DNA of 64,000 nucleotides from assembly GCA_028534125.1 (NCBI GenBank), contig CM052816.1, positions 85,438,001 to 85,502,000 on the forward strand, read 5' to 3'. Shown piece after piece: positions 10,895 to 23,035 of this stretch. The stretch comes from Lama glama (Eukaryota). The translations under genes and the position numbers were made by a program. The notes under the pieces were generated by a model, which was given only the letters and a program-made list of their open reading frames with translations, was not told the DNA's origin and did no database searches. How positions within the stretch are numbered: the stretch's first letter is position 1; every line of letters begins with the position of its first letter.

Positions 10895-13479
10895 AAGAGT
10901 AGCAATCTAGGCATCAAATTAATTACTTTAATTCTAGTATTCAATCAACAAAATGGATGAAAATAAAATGACTCAGTTTAATTGCTGATCTTTATATACA
11001 TAGTGACTGGTTGTTACAAAGGTGAGAGTGACACTGAGAAACAATAGAAGGAAACATAGTAAGTAAGTTCTTTTTAGTTGGTGAAGATACAGCTTGCTAT
11101 TAGCAGATAGCTGGCTGAACAAGGCATGTCTTAGTAACACTGGTGCATGCTTCCATGACCTTCAGTTTCCAATTATGAGTCTTAGATGCCAAAGATCGCC
11201 CAATTGAGGTCACATAAGATGACCCCTTGTGCATTACCATGAGTGCTTTATTATATCTTCTTGGTCCTTTTCAATGGTTTCTGTGTGCTGGCCATCCCAC
11301 TAGGGAGATGCCAGTCAGTGCTAACAGATCCAACCTACTCCTGAATCCTTAAGAACAGATTGGATGAATCAGAGTTCAAGATCCCTTTGTATTATCTCGC
11401 TACTAGATCTGTGGTTGCTGAAGTCCATTCTTGCACTGCAGCTGTGCTTAATTACAATACAAACACCACAAAACAGTACAAATACAAATTTATTACTTCA
11501 CCATTTTTTCAATTCCTGCTCAATTCTAGATAAAACCCAAGAAAATGAGAAAAAAATAGATATAGGAGATGTGACGAATCGATGATGCTTGTAATTCTTT
11601 GAGACATCAATCACATGGTGACCTCATGCACAAAAAGGGGAAAAACAGGGGTTGTATATATGGAAATGAATTATGGTACAATTTTTACATGTTCTGTTTG
11701 ATTTGTAGTGGAGTATGAAAATCAGAAATGAAGTTGGCCTTAGCACATGCTTGGCAATTGAAGCACCAAGAATGTGTGGTATCACCCTACTGGTACCGGC
11801 TCCTCAACTCCACCAAGAAAGAATATGTCTTTTTTTTTTTTTTAATTCCAGATGTTCCAGTTAATTGTACCAGAAACCTAGCCAAGCAAAACTAATTTTG
11901 ACCAATATCATAATTTACCATATGTCACAGTGTACCCTTTCTTCTCTGTAGTAATGTGCTGATCAAGTCCTTGAGCGTATCTGAAAATCTTGGGAATCAT
12001 TCTGTTCTCAGCATCACAGGGAATTTTTCTAAGGAAACCAGTAAAATCATGATGAAATTTTAAAATAAATGGATTACTGGAAGAGAAAAATTGCAATGAG
12101 TATTTGGTGGGTGTACATTAAGATAGAAAGGAGTGAAGGAAGATGTTCAATTTTATGAGTGAAATAATGTTTACTACCTATCCTTGAAGCCAACTTTTCC
12201 TATTAAACTGAATATTCTATAAATCAACATTATGTCCAGAATTATAAGACACACAAATTTGAAGAAGGAAAGTCTTTGCCCTGACATACTAAATTCTAAA
12301 AAAAAAAAGTCTTAAATATTAAGCATGAAATATTTCTCTGAAAACAGAGAAGTTTTTATATACTACTAACCATGTTTTTTTTCCTTCCATAGGAACACTG
12401 AGGGGCTGTTTCTAAGTATGAATAGAAATGTAAATTAAATATACACTGAATTATAAATTGTTGAAATAATATAAAAGATGGCAAAGTAAATGGAGGGAAA
12501 CACTTTGACTGCAATGCCATGCTTTTGCTTTAATGATCTTTAACAGCCGAATTATAAGTACAGTAAAATAGATATTGACAGGATATTAGCTCCACTGGTG
12601 CTAGAGGCAAAACATACTAAAATATTTGTTCTGCTTACTTTTCAATGTCATGCTTATATCCTTTATAACTAAAAGGATATTTATGTATTTGTTGGAAGTT
12701 TTGTTTATCTAGGTACATGAATTGCTAATTTTGAAAGATAAGGAACTGAGAACTGATTCAATTATGTAAGTACTCAGAATTATTATTAGGGTGCCAAATA
12801 TAATAAACTGTATGTCTACATCCTTTGATCTGTTTCTGAGGAGGAGATGGTTTAAAAAAATTGACTGTCACTAAATATTTCTGTTTATCTCCATGGATCT
12901 CAGTGAAATCAAATCATGTAATAAAGGCTGAAACTTCATCTAGCAGCAAAATATGCTCCTGTCACCTTTTATTAACATGACAAGGTTTAAACCATAATTC
13001 ATGTGTGCAGGTTTGTTTCTCATTATTCACAGGTATTCTTTTGTCCTTAAGATTTCTAGCTCAGAAATGATATTCCAACTTAAGACAGTATGTAAATCTC
13101 TGAAAATTACACCAAAGGTGTATTCTGTTTGCTGCTGAATAATTTATATTTTAAGAAAATACCTTACATTTCTTCCCAATGCTAATTTTTTGGAGATATA
13201 TATATATATTTGATATCTAGAAATGATGTAAAATGCCACTATTTAACACTGTTTTTTATTTTACCTTAGAATAATGAATACTAAAAATATTAAATTTTTA
13301 ATAATAATGACAGTTTTGTAGTTTTTTTTTTTTAATGCTACATTTTAGATTCTCCGGAGAATATCCAAGATAGTTTAGCTCTTGGTTTGCATTATTTGAG
13401 GGTGAGCAGACACATTCCCATGAAAAATTCCAGTGAATCAAATTGCTTAATAAAATAAATCAGTCAGTCATTATTTTTA

Positions 13480-14290
13480 TTAAGAAAATAAAAATGATAT
13501 GATGGAAGACTGACAGGTTGATCACGAATTTCTTAGAAAACAATAAATAAAATATATCAAAGAAAAGTCTGTAAAAATAAACATAGTGAGGTGTGACCAA
13601 TCTCAGCAAATATTAAAATATATTTATAAGCCTCAAAGATTAAAATCGTCTAATAACACAACATGACTAAATTGTTGAACAATGAAATAGAATAGAAAGT
13701 ACAGAAATTGACTTAAATTCACATGGAAACTTACTCTATGACAAAATTTCATCCCAATCAGCAGTCAGCTATGTAGAAAATTTTAAGATTTTACAAAAAT
13801 TCTATTCGAAATACGAAGTGAGTTTAACAATGCTGTGAGATACAAGATTAATTTGCTATCTATAAAAAATTATGAATAAAAGTTAATTTCACCCCTTCCT
13901 TTCTAATCTTTATGTCCTGTAGTCATTTTTCTCATCTTATGCACTGGCTAGGATCACCATGAAATGTTGAACAAAAGCAGTGATAGTAGATATCCTTGTT
14001 TTGTTCCTGAGCTCAAAAGAAATCATTCAGCTTAGTGTTTAATATAATCTTAAGTTTAGTGTTTAGTTTTTTTTTTTGTAAATGTCCTTTATCATGTTGA
14101 GAAAGTTCCTTCATCTTTACTATACATCAGTAATCGAGAGTTCATTTTTCACATAATTTTCTGCATGTATTAAGATAATAGGATTTTTAAAATCCCTTTA
14201 TATTATGAATTATCATAATTAATTCTTGAATATTAAATCCTGTACCGCTTGAATGAACAACAGTGAATCGCAATATATTTTAACCTTTGT
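13480..14290. mobile_element. Old L1 ORF2 fragments in both orientations
   Basis: Sense 'aatagaatagaaagtacagaaattgac' then antisense 'gcactggctagga...atgttgaa...atccttgttttgttcctga'. Confidence 0.6.
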
Positions 14291-14303
14291 ATTTTACTGC
14301 TTT

Positions 14304-15700
14304 CAGTGCCAGCTGGATAATTTGTGGGAGCTGATGCAGAATAACATTGGCCCCTCCCTCACAAGCAGGAAAGACTGCCTTTTAAGGTACTAAATTATAT
14401 AGCTGTTCTCTTTCTGCTGCATTTCTTTCAATATGCATAACATGGTACTTTTTCTTTGCCACTTAATGTTGTTTGGCATAAAGAAAAAATAAAACTTAAA
14501 ATTTTTATCATGGCTTTTATCATTTATGCTTCTATTGTGCAATGCCAGTCTTAAATGAAGACATACGAGTCCTTAACTCCTATGTGGAGTCACCAAAATT
14601 CCACACTTCATATTTTGTGACTCATACATGCATATGTGTTTCATTCTTAGGAAAAAATGGAAACACTGCAGAAATCTAACTCAACTATTGCTATTTCACC
14701 TTTTGATATTGTACATGCTACCAACACTCTCTGCCTTCACCTTACTGATGGGTATGAATGGACTGAAAGGAAAAGAAAAGGGTTGTTCTGTTCCCTCCCC
14801 CCTTTACTTTTATGTCACAATATTCAGCATAAGTAGCTAGTCAATACAAAAAAAAGTGCAACTGGAAAATGCAGTCTCTTAGGGCTGTCAGTGGCCTGGC
14901 TTATTCCGTCATAGTTACTGATGAAATGAGCACAGAATCCCCGGGGCCCCCAGCGCACTGTAGTCCAGCAAGACTCAAAGTGAAGACAAGGTGAGCTACC
15001 ATAACAGGCTCACCTTGCATTTGCTTTGAATCTCACTGAACTACCACGCATTGTGGATTCCCCCAAACCCTGTGCTCACTGGGTTTGCAAATAGCATAAC
15101 AAGGAAATGGGACATGCCTATCGTGTGTCTCTCCTTTGTTCACTTACATGCTCAATGGTCATGTCAAATTTTGCTTGCAAAACATAATTTCAAAGATAAA
15201 ATTGTTAAGAATTTCATTCTAAGTGAAGTAAGCCAGAAAGAGAAAGAAAAATACCATATGAGATCGCTCATATGTGGAATCTAAAAAACAAAAACAAACA
15301 AACGAACAAAAACAAAATGCAAATACAGGACAGAAATAGACTCACAGACAGAGAAAACAGACTTGTGGTTACCAGTGGGGTGGAGGGTGGGAAGGGATAG
15401 ACTGGGATTTCAAAATTGTAGAATAGATAGACAAGATTACATTGTATAGCACAGGGAAATATACACAAAATGTTGTGATGGCTCACAGAGAAAAAAATGT
15501 GACAATGAGTGTGTATATGTCCATGAATGACTGAAAAATTGTGCTGAACACTGGAATTTGACACAACATTGTAAAATGATTATAAATCAATAAAAAATGT
15601 TAAAAAAAATAAAAAAACAAATTTCAAGATGGTGACATCAGAGCATTAAACCAAACATGGGGGCAGGGTTCTGTGCAACTATATAGGTCACAGACCTGTT
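14304..15700 (-). mobile_element. MER45B/C-like hAT-Tip100 element, interrupted by a young L1
   Basis: Ends match the MER45 reverse complement: 'cagtgccagctggataatttgtggg' and 'ttaagaatttc|aagatggtgacatcagagcattaaaccaa...ctgtgcaactatataggtcaca'. Confidence 0.75.
15217..15619 (+). mobile_element. Young camelid-type L1 3' end, 5'-truncated
   Basis: 'ttctaagtgaagtaagccagaaagagaaagaaaaataccatatgagatcgc...aataaaaaatgttaaaaaa', TSD AATTTCA (15210-15216 / 15620-15626). Confidence 0.9.
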
Positions 15701-17590
15701 ACACATACAATATGTGTTCATGTTTTGCAAGTCAATATTCTGTTAAAAAGAGAAAATGAATATTTAAATACTTTGACAATCTCATTAAAAATTTTAAAAA
15801 GTTATAAATACATTCTAGTTATGTTTCTACAGTAACACAATTTTCCTTTTATGCATTTCCCATGGACTTTTCTCATTTGAACATCACTAGGGAATCCTAG
15901 TCTTCTACAGCGGCAACTAGTTGCAATTGATATCATTATTGATGATATCATTGTGACAACTGACATTTTCAAATATTGGATAATGAAAGTCCCTTAAGCT
16001 ATCTCTTTTATTCTACACCTGTCATCCTCAACAGCACCCATGGTTTCTAACAACAACAGTGTTACCAGATCCAGCCTGACATTTCCCTTGTGTCCCAGGG
16101 ACATGAAAGATCAATGACATTCAAAGTGTCCCCTTAGAGGATAGTAGTAAGAGATATAATGGAAACACTGGGATGAACAGAGAGTGGGTAGTAAGCAAGA
16201 GTGCTCCAATATTCTTCTGCCACGTATAATACGGACAGAGTTGGAGCAAATGTCTTATAAAAGATGTGGATTCATATTGATTATCCCAATTAAAAAACGT
16301 AAATGTTACTGTATCTTTTTTTTTTTTATCAGAGAATATGTTTCATCTATCACCAAAACTTTCTACAATAGTGACATTCAACAAGATACATTTTCAAAAA
16401 TCCTAGACAGGACAGAAGATTAGCTTTTTAGTTTCTTCACATTTAATGAAAAAAGTTATCATATATCTTATTTCTTCACCTCTTTTTTACTACCCTCCCT
16501 AAGTGTGGAAGAACAAATCTTGCATTTTAACCATTTATAATTTTATTTTCACATAATATATTATCTTAAACTTTCGAATGTTATTTCAGATGTTTGTATT
16601 CTGTTTTGACCTGGATCTGTAAATTAAATATTTACATTTAAATAGTAATAGTAAACCTATTCAGAGGAAAGGCAAAATTATGAAGAAAAAGTTTAACTTA
16701 TTTTGATGCCACGTTGACCAGAAACCAAGCTCTTAAAATTCTGTAGCCCTATGAGGGAATTCATCTTTTGATTATCGTACAAAGATAAAGCAGGATCCCT
16801 TTCTGACTCCTGATGTGATAACAAATACAATTTAGGGTTTAAAATACACCAAATAACAGGGCACAATTTGCCACTATTCACTTTCTTAAGAGCGATCCTA
16901 AAGGCAATGCCACATCTCTAACTCCTAGAGAGACGTAGAATTTTCTGGTCAGCAGTCTCAAGAGTATCTTTTATTTAGGAGTCGTTCATATTATCTTATA
17001 GCGGCTGTGATGTGGAAGTCAGCCAAAAAGAGGGTAATAAAAAGGAAAGACAATTATCTACAGAACTATAGTAACACTATGCACTTGAGACAAGAGGGAA
17101 GAAAATGACTGGATGCTTGTCTCAAATAAAGAGATGACATTGTAAATTCAAAGGGAGAAGCGGTCATATATTGCTTTATATCGTATATATACATGCACCA
17201 TAAAGTGAAATTAGTGTGATACTAGGGAATGACAGAGTGGAAATTTGTAGGGAGTCAGCTTTAAACATTATAAGGTCGCCTTTTTAAATCAGTGCCTATC
17301 TTCTCCAAGGAAGACTTTTACATACCAGATATATATAAGAGAACAGAAGAATTAACCCCTTAGTAACATTATAATCCTGGGATAATGTCTTTCAATATCC
17401 CTGTATTTGCATAATAAGGAATGAGGCCAACTGCACCCATGCACATAGAGGAGGCTGGCATTCTAATTGCTCCTTATTGGTAGGCAGCTCTTTTTATCTT
17501 GATAGTTTACAGGCACTATTTTTCTCCCTTTACAATTATAAGTGGTTTGTGAGGAAAGTCATAGAGACTCTATGAATATGTGGATCCCAT

Positions 17591-17915
17591 TGTAGAAGAC
17601 AGTGTATTTTCCAGAGACAGATGAAGCAGTATCTCTGGTCCCACATGCTTTTTTTTATAATGTGCCCAAGGGTCAATCTCTCACCAGTGGGTGGAATCTG
17701 ATTAATTTCCCCTTGAATATATTTGAGTTTGTAACTGATTTGATGAATAGACTATGGTAATGGTGACACTGTGTGACCTTCAAATCTGTATCTTAAATGA
17801 AATCCAGCTTTTCCCTGGTTTGCTGGAACATGCTTATTCAGAGTGCTGAGCTACAATGTAAGAAGCCTCCTTAACTCCCTGCAGCCACCTTGCTGTGAGG
17901 AGTCCAAGCAAAAGT
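17591..17915 (+). mobile_element. MaLR LTR (MLT1H/G-like)
   Basis: 'tgtagaagacagtgtattttcca...tcccacatgct...gtgacactgtgtgacctt'. Confidence 0.6.
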
Positions 17916-17949
17916 GAGAATATAGGGGGCGTTTTGCTTCTGGAAAATT

Positions 17950-20900
17950 CTAGCAAGTATGTAATGTCATCTCATTGTGGCGTGAATTTTCATGTCCCTA
18001 ATGTGTAATGATGGAATCTTTCCATGTGCTGATTTGTCATCCATACATCTTCTTTGCTAAGTGTCTGTTTAAATCATCTACATTTTATTTGAGTTATTTC
18101 CTTATTATTAAGTATTGAGATCTCTTTATGTGTCCTGAATACAATTTCATTATCAGATATATGACTTATAAATATCATTCCCAGTCATACCACTTTTTCA
18201 TTCTCTTAACAGTGTCTTTCAAAGAGTAGACATTCTCAATTGTGACAAAGTCCAATGTGTAAATTCTATTTATGGATTCTGCTTTTGGTATTGTACCTAA
18301 GAAATCTTTCACTAATCCAAGGTTACAATTCTTTTTTTCTATGTTTGTTTCCAGGAGTATTTAGAACCACTGTCCATTCTAGTTCATTTTTGTATAGCAT
18401 CATGTGGATCAAAATTCATTGGTTTGCATGTGGATATCCAGTTGTTCCAGTGCCACTTTTTAAGAATATATACTCCTACACTGAATTGCCTTTGCAACTT
18501 TGTTGAAAACACAGTTGGTCTATTTCTAGACTCACTATCCTGATGCACCGGAGTGATGTGTCTAAGTTGATGACAGTAAGGCACTATCTTGAATATTATA
18601 GCCACTTAGTAACTCCTGAAGCAAGGAAATTTCCTTCAACTTTGTCAGAATTGTTTTGGTTACTGAAGTGACTTTGTATTTAACAGAATTTATAGTCATA
18701 TTTTCAATTTCTACAAACAAGCTAGTTGTTATTTGGCTATAATTATATTATATCTATACATAGATTAGAAAATATGGTTTCTTAAATTATTGTTTCCAAC
18801 TCATGAATATGATCGCTCTCTCCATTTATCTAGGTCCTTTTTATGTTACCTACCTTGTACATTTTTTTCAGAAAGCAGTTTTTGCAAAAAAAAAAAAAAA
18901 TGACAGATTGGCCTCTAAATATTTTATATTTTTATGGTACTGTTAATATCATTGTTTTCTACACTTTATTATTTAACTTGGTTGTTAGTGTGTGGAGGAA
19001 TTAATGGTTTGTATACATTTATCTTGCATCTGAAAACTTCACAACTTGACTAATACCTTTCTCTCTCTCTCTCTCTTTGTCTCTCACTCTAGGGGGCTTT
19101 GTTATAGATTGTATTGATATTTTACATAAAAAATCATGGCATCAGAACATAGAGATATTTCTTTTTTGGGGGGTACAATTTTTTAAAAATTCAAAGACTT
19201 TATTATTTAGAACAGTTTTAGTGTTATAGAAAAATTAAGAAGATGGTGCCAAGAGTTACTACCCTGCATAGTATCTTCTATTATTAATATTTTATATTTA
19301 ATGTGTATTTGTAGTAATAACTGAACCAATACTGATGCACTGTAATTAACTAAAGTCCTTATTTGTTCAGGTTTTCTTGGTTTTTACCTAATGTCCTTTT
19401 TCTCTAATACCATTTAGGTAGTTACATTACATTAAGTAGTATGTCTCATGTATTTTCCTTGGCTGTGACAGTTTCTCAGACAAGGATAATATATGAATAG
19501 ATTATAATAATTAAAGAAGTCATCTTCACCGACATAAATTTCAAGTGTTTTTCTCTCATTGATGAAGATCAAGAATTCCCATTGGTGTTATTTTCCTTAT
19601 GCTTGAAGGACTACCTTTAGTATTTCAGTTCTTCGGGTGATTTATTTTTTCAATTTTTCTATGCTTGTAATGCTTTTCATATGCCTTAATTTTCTAAATG
19701 TGCTTTTTCATCGGGCAAACAATCTTGGTTTGACAATGATGCTACACTGATTTTTGTCTTGCATTATTTCTGAAGATAAGTCTACCGCCAATCTCATGTC
19801 TCCTCGCCCCACCTTATGCCTCTTGTACCTACCGTGTCCCGTTTCTCTCATTTAAGTTTTTCTCTTTTATAGTGTTTTCAAGCAATTTAATTATAACATA
19901 CCTTGGTGACATATTTCTTCTTCTTGGGGTTCTTTAAGCTTCTTTGATATAAAAGTTTATATGTTTTATCAAATTTGCAGTTTTTGTATACTTTTTTGAA
20001 ATGTATTTTTCTGAACCTGCTTCTTACTGATCACTTTCAGTGATTTTAATGACATATACTTTATTCTGCTTGAAACTGTCTGCACCTCACTAAGACTATT
20101 TTTGTCCTTTTTCCCTTTCTGTGCTTTATTTTAGACAGTTTCTGTTGCTGTGTCATCACGTTCACTATCCTTTACTTCTGTAATGCCTGCACCCATCAAT
20201 GTATTTTTCCTTGTCAACATTGTTTTCATCAAGCAAAAGCTGTATTTTTTATATTTTCTGAGTCTCTAAACATGTTCATCTTTATTCTAACTTTTTGAAA
20301 ATAGGAAATTCAGTTATAATAACTTTTAATGTCTTTTTTTTTACTAAGTATGTATTCTGTGTCATTTATGAATATGTTTCAAGATGTTTCTTTTTATCAT
20401 GGTTGTATTTCTCTCCTTTGTTGCATGTTTGATAACTTTTAACTGTATATCTGACATTGTGAATTTTATCTTATAGTTGATTTTTTGTATTCATATATGC
20501 TTTGAGAAAGCATATATGTTTTCTGGGAGAAAATTAAGTTTCTTGAAAGTAATTATTAATTAATTTAGTTATTAATTTATTTTGCTTGTTAGCTAGGATG
20601 ACAGTATTGTTTATTTGGAGCTAATTCTACCCCACTAAACTCTTATTATGTTCTACCCAATTCTCTGTGCTTCATAAGTTTATCCATTTTTGTTAAGAGG
20701 AGCAGGAACTATTTCTGGCCCTGAGTGAGCATGAGAGGTTTTTCGTTTTGTTCTTTAGTGTGGTTCTTTCTCATCCTTGGATAATGTCCTAACATCCAGG
20801 CACTGATTAACATCAGCTGAAAACTCAAGTGAGGGGCCTTGCTTCAGATATCTAGAATTCTCTCTCTGTTCAGCTCTTTCATCTCCAGGATTCTATTCCA

Positions 20901-21120
20901 TAATATACAGCTTCTTTGACTTCTGTAGTCTCCCAGCTCCTTATCCCAGGGAGACAGACTGATTTGGTCTGGGCTTCCCTTCTCTGCATGTGACCTATCA
21001 ACTTTGTACAGACATTAACCTGGGGACATCATAGAATTATCTTATTTATTTAGCATTTGTCAGGGATTATTGCCCTTCATTGCTTGATGTCCAATGTATT
21101 GGAACATTTTTCATATATTG
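17950..21120 (-). mobile_element. Old L1M fragments (ORF2 through 5' region) with a nested L1MC-like piece at ~19180-19480
   Basis: T-rich antisense L1 motifs, e.g. 'catctcattgtgg', 'tgcatgtggatatccagttgttccag', 'ctctccatttatctaggtc'. Confidence 0.7.
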
Positions 21121-21412
21121 TATGTATTTCTCTATTTTGGCTGAAAGTAAAAATCACTGCGTGTTTTGTTTTGTTAATATTTGAGATTTTCTTTAAAGAT
21201 ATTAACTCACAGAACTGAAGGGAAGGCTGAAAGAATAAGGGACAAGGACTATGGGGTTTTAAGAACAGTAACTATTCCACAATCCTGTCTGGACAAAGTT
21301 ACTAAAGTAAATGCTCATTTAGTTTTATTTTTTATTATTCTGTTCTAGCATTGAGTTATAGAGATCAGCTTAACTTTAGTGATAAGTATGAATGCATATT
21401 ACATCTTTGTAA

Positions 21413-21585
21413 CTGTGTGTGTGTGAGAGACTGTGAGTGCAGAGAGGAGCGAAGTGAAAGGAAGGTAAGGGAAGAGAAGAGGAGAGCAGAGGAGAGGAGA
21501 GGAGTGGAAAGAGGAGGGGAGAGGAGAGGAGAGAGGAGGCAGGGGAAATTAAAAGGAAGACAAAGAACAAAAAGAAAAAAGAAAC
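21413..21585 (+). repeat. Short (TG)n plus purine-rich (GGAGA)n low-complexity tract
   Basis: Directly visible 'gaggagaggaggagtggaaagaggaggggagaggagaggagagg'. Confidence 0.9.
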
Positions 21586-21587
21586 AT

Positions 21588-21612
21588 ATGGAGATATGGA
21601 GATATGGAGATA
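21588..21612 (+). repeat. 8-bp tandem repeat (ATGGAGAT)x3
   Basis: 'atggagatatggagatatggagata'. Confidence 0.85.
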
Positions 21613-22409
21613 CGGTTCCACAGTACATGTTCACACAAAATCTTAAAACAATAGGGAAGTTAATTCTAAAAAAAAAAAAAAATCTGAGTAATCTTTTCAA
21701 AAGAAAGAAACCGTTAAAATCAGGTACCCCTCAAATCAACAAATATTTACTATATCCTAGCTTATTTGAAGTTGCTGGTTGGCGGTATACATGAGAAATA
21801 GGAGAGTCATGTTTCAATACAATTAATATAAGATAAAATTGCACATGGTGTACATATTTTTTTCTAATTACAAGTAAATAACTTAAGTTTTTTTAAAAAA
21901 AATAGATAATATAATTTTATTATTAGCTCCTGTATGTTGTTATTCAAAAAACATTGATGTCTATTTATTTCCAGATTTTTTTTTATGCAATTATGTTTTA
22001 GATTTAACAGGTGAATATTTGGGGGTTTTTCTGTTTTTCTTTTTGTTTTGTGGATTTTTAAATTCTTAATCTTGTTTATATTTTTGGTTGTAGTGAATAA
22101 TTTTCTCCATGATTTATTCTTGACAAGATTAGGTAAAATTCATTGACATCTCATAATCCTTTTATTGCCCAGGGAAACAATTACATTATAATTTCAATTC
22201 AATGGCATTCTTAAATGTACCCATCATAAGTAATCTAATTTTCTATCCTTTTTTTCCCCTGTGTTCTGGTCTACTGCTTTCCTGACTGCTATAGTCTAGG
22301 AAAGACTAGCGTTCACTATCCTTAAAAATGTAGACAAGTTTATACCAAAACAAAACAGAGAAGTTTGGGAAAGAAAGGGAAAAATAAAACAAGCTCCTTC
22401 ATATATTTT

Positions 22410-23035
22410 TTCTAGCCTTATTAGGATATAATTGACGTATAACACTATATAAGTGTAAAGTGTACAATGTCTTAATTTAATACACATATATTACAAAATG
22501 ATCACCAACACATCATTAACTAATACCGCCGTCATGTCACATAATTTCTATTTATTTTTCCTAGTGAGAACATTAAAGATCTACTTCATTAGCAACCGTA
22601 AAGTATATAATAACTTTGCTTAGTGTTATCACCCTGCTGTACTTTAGATCCCCAGAGCAGAGCTTGTTCATCTTCTTACTGGAAGTTTGTACCCTTGGAT
22701 CAACATGTCCCCATTTCCTCCATCTCCCAGCTTCTGGTAATATCTGTTCTACTCTTTTTTTCTGAGTGCAGCGTTTTCAGATTCAACACATAGGTGACAT
22801 CACACGGTATTTGTCTTTCTCTGACTTATTTCACTTATCCTAAAGCCCTTAATATACATCCATGTTGTCACAAATGGCAAGATTTCCTTCTTTCTCATTC
22901 TGACAAATGTGAGGTGATATCTCACTGTAGTTTTGATTTGCATCTCCCTGATGATTAGTAATGTTGAGCACCTTTTCATGTACCTATTTATTGTTTGTAT
23001 GTTCTTGGAACAAAATGCCTACTCAGTTTCTCTGC
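22410..23035 (-). mobile_element. L1MA9-like 3' end
   Basis: 'gatataattgacgtataacactatataagt...gtgagaacattaaagatctact...gtatttgtctttctctgacttatttcactta'. Confidence 0.8.

Noticed and set aside
21351..21794. 147-aa R/E/G-rich ORF and its antisense L/S/P-rich ORFs
   Set aside because: Produced by the GA-rich low-complexity tract.
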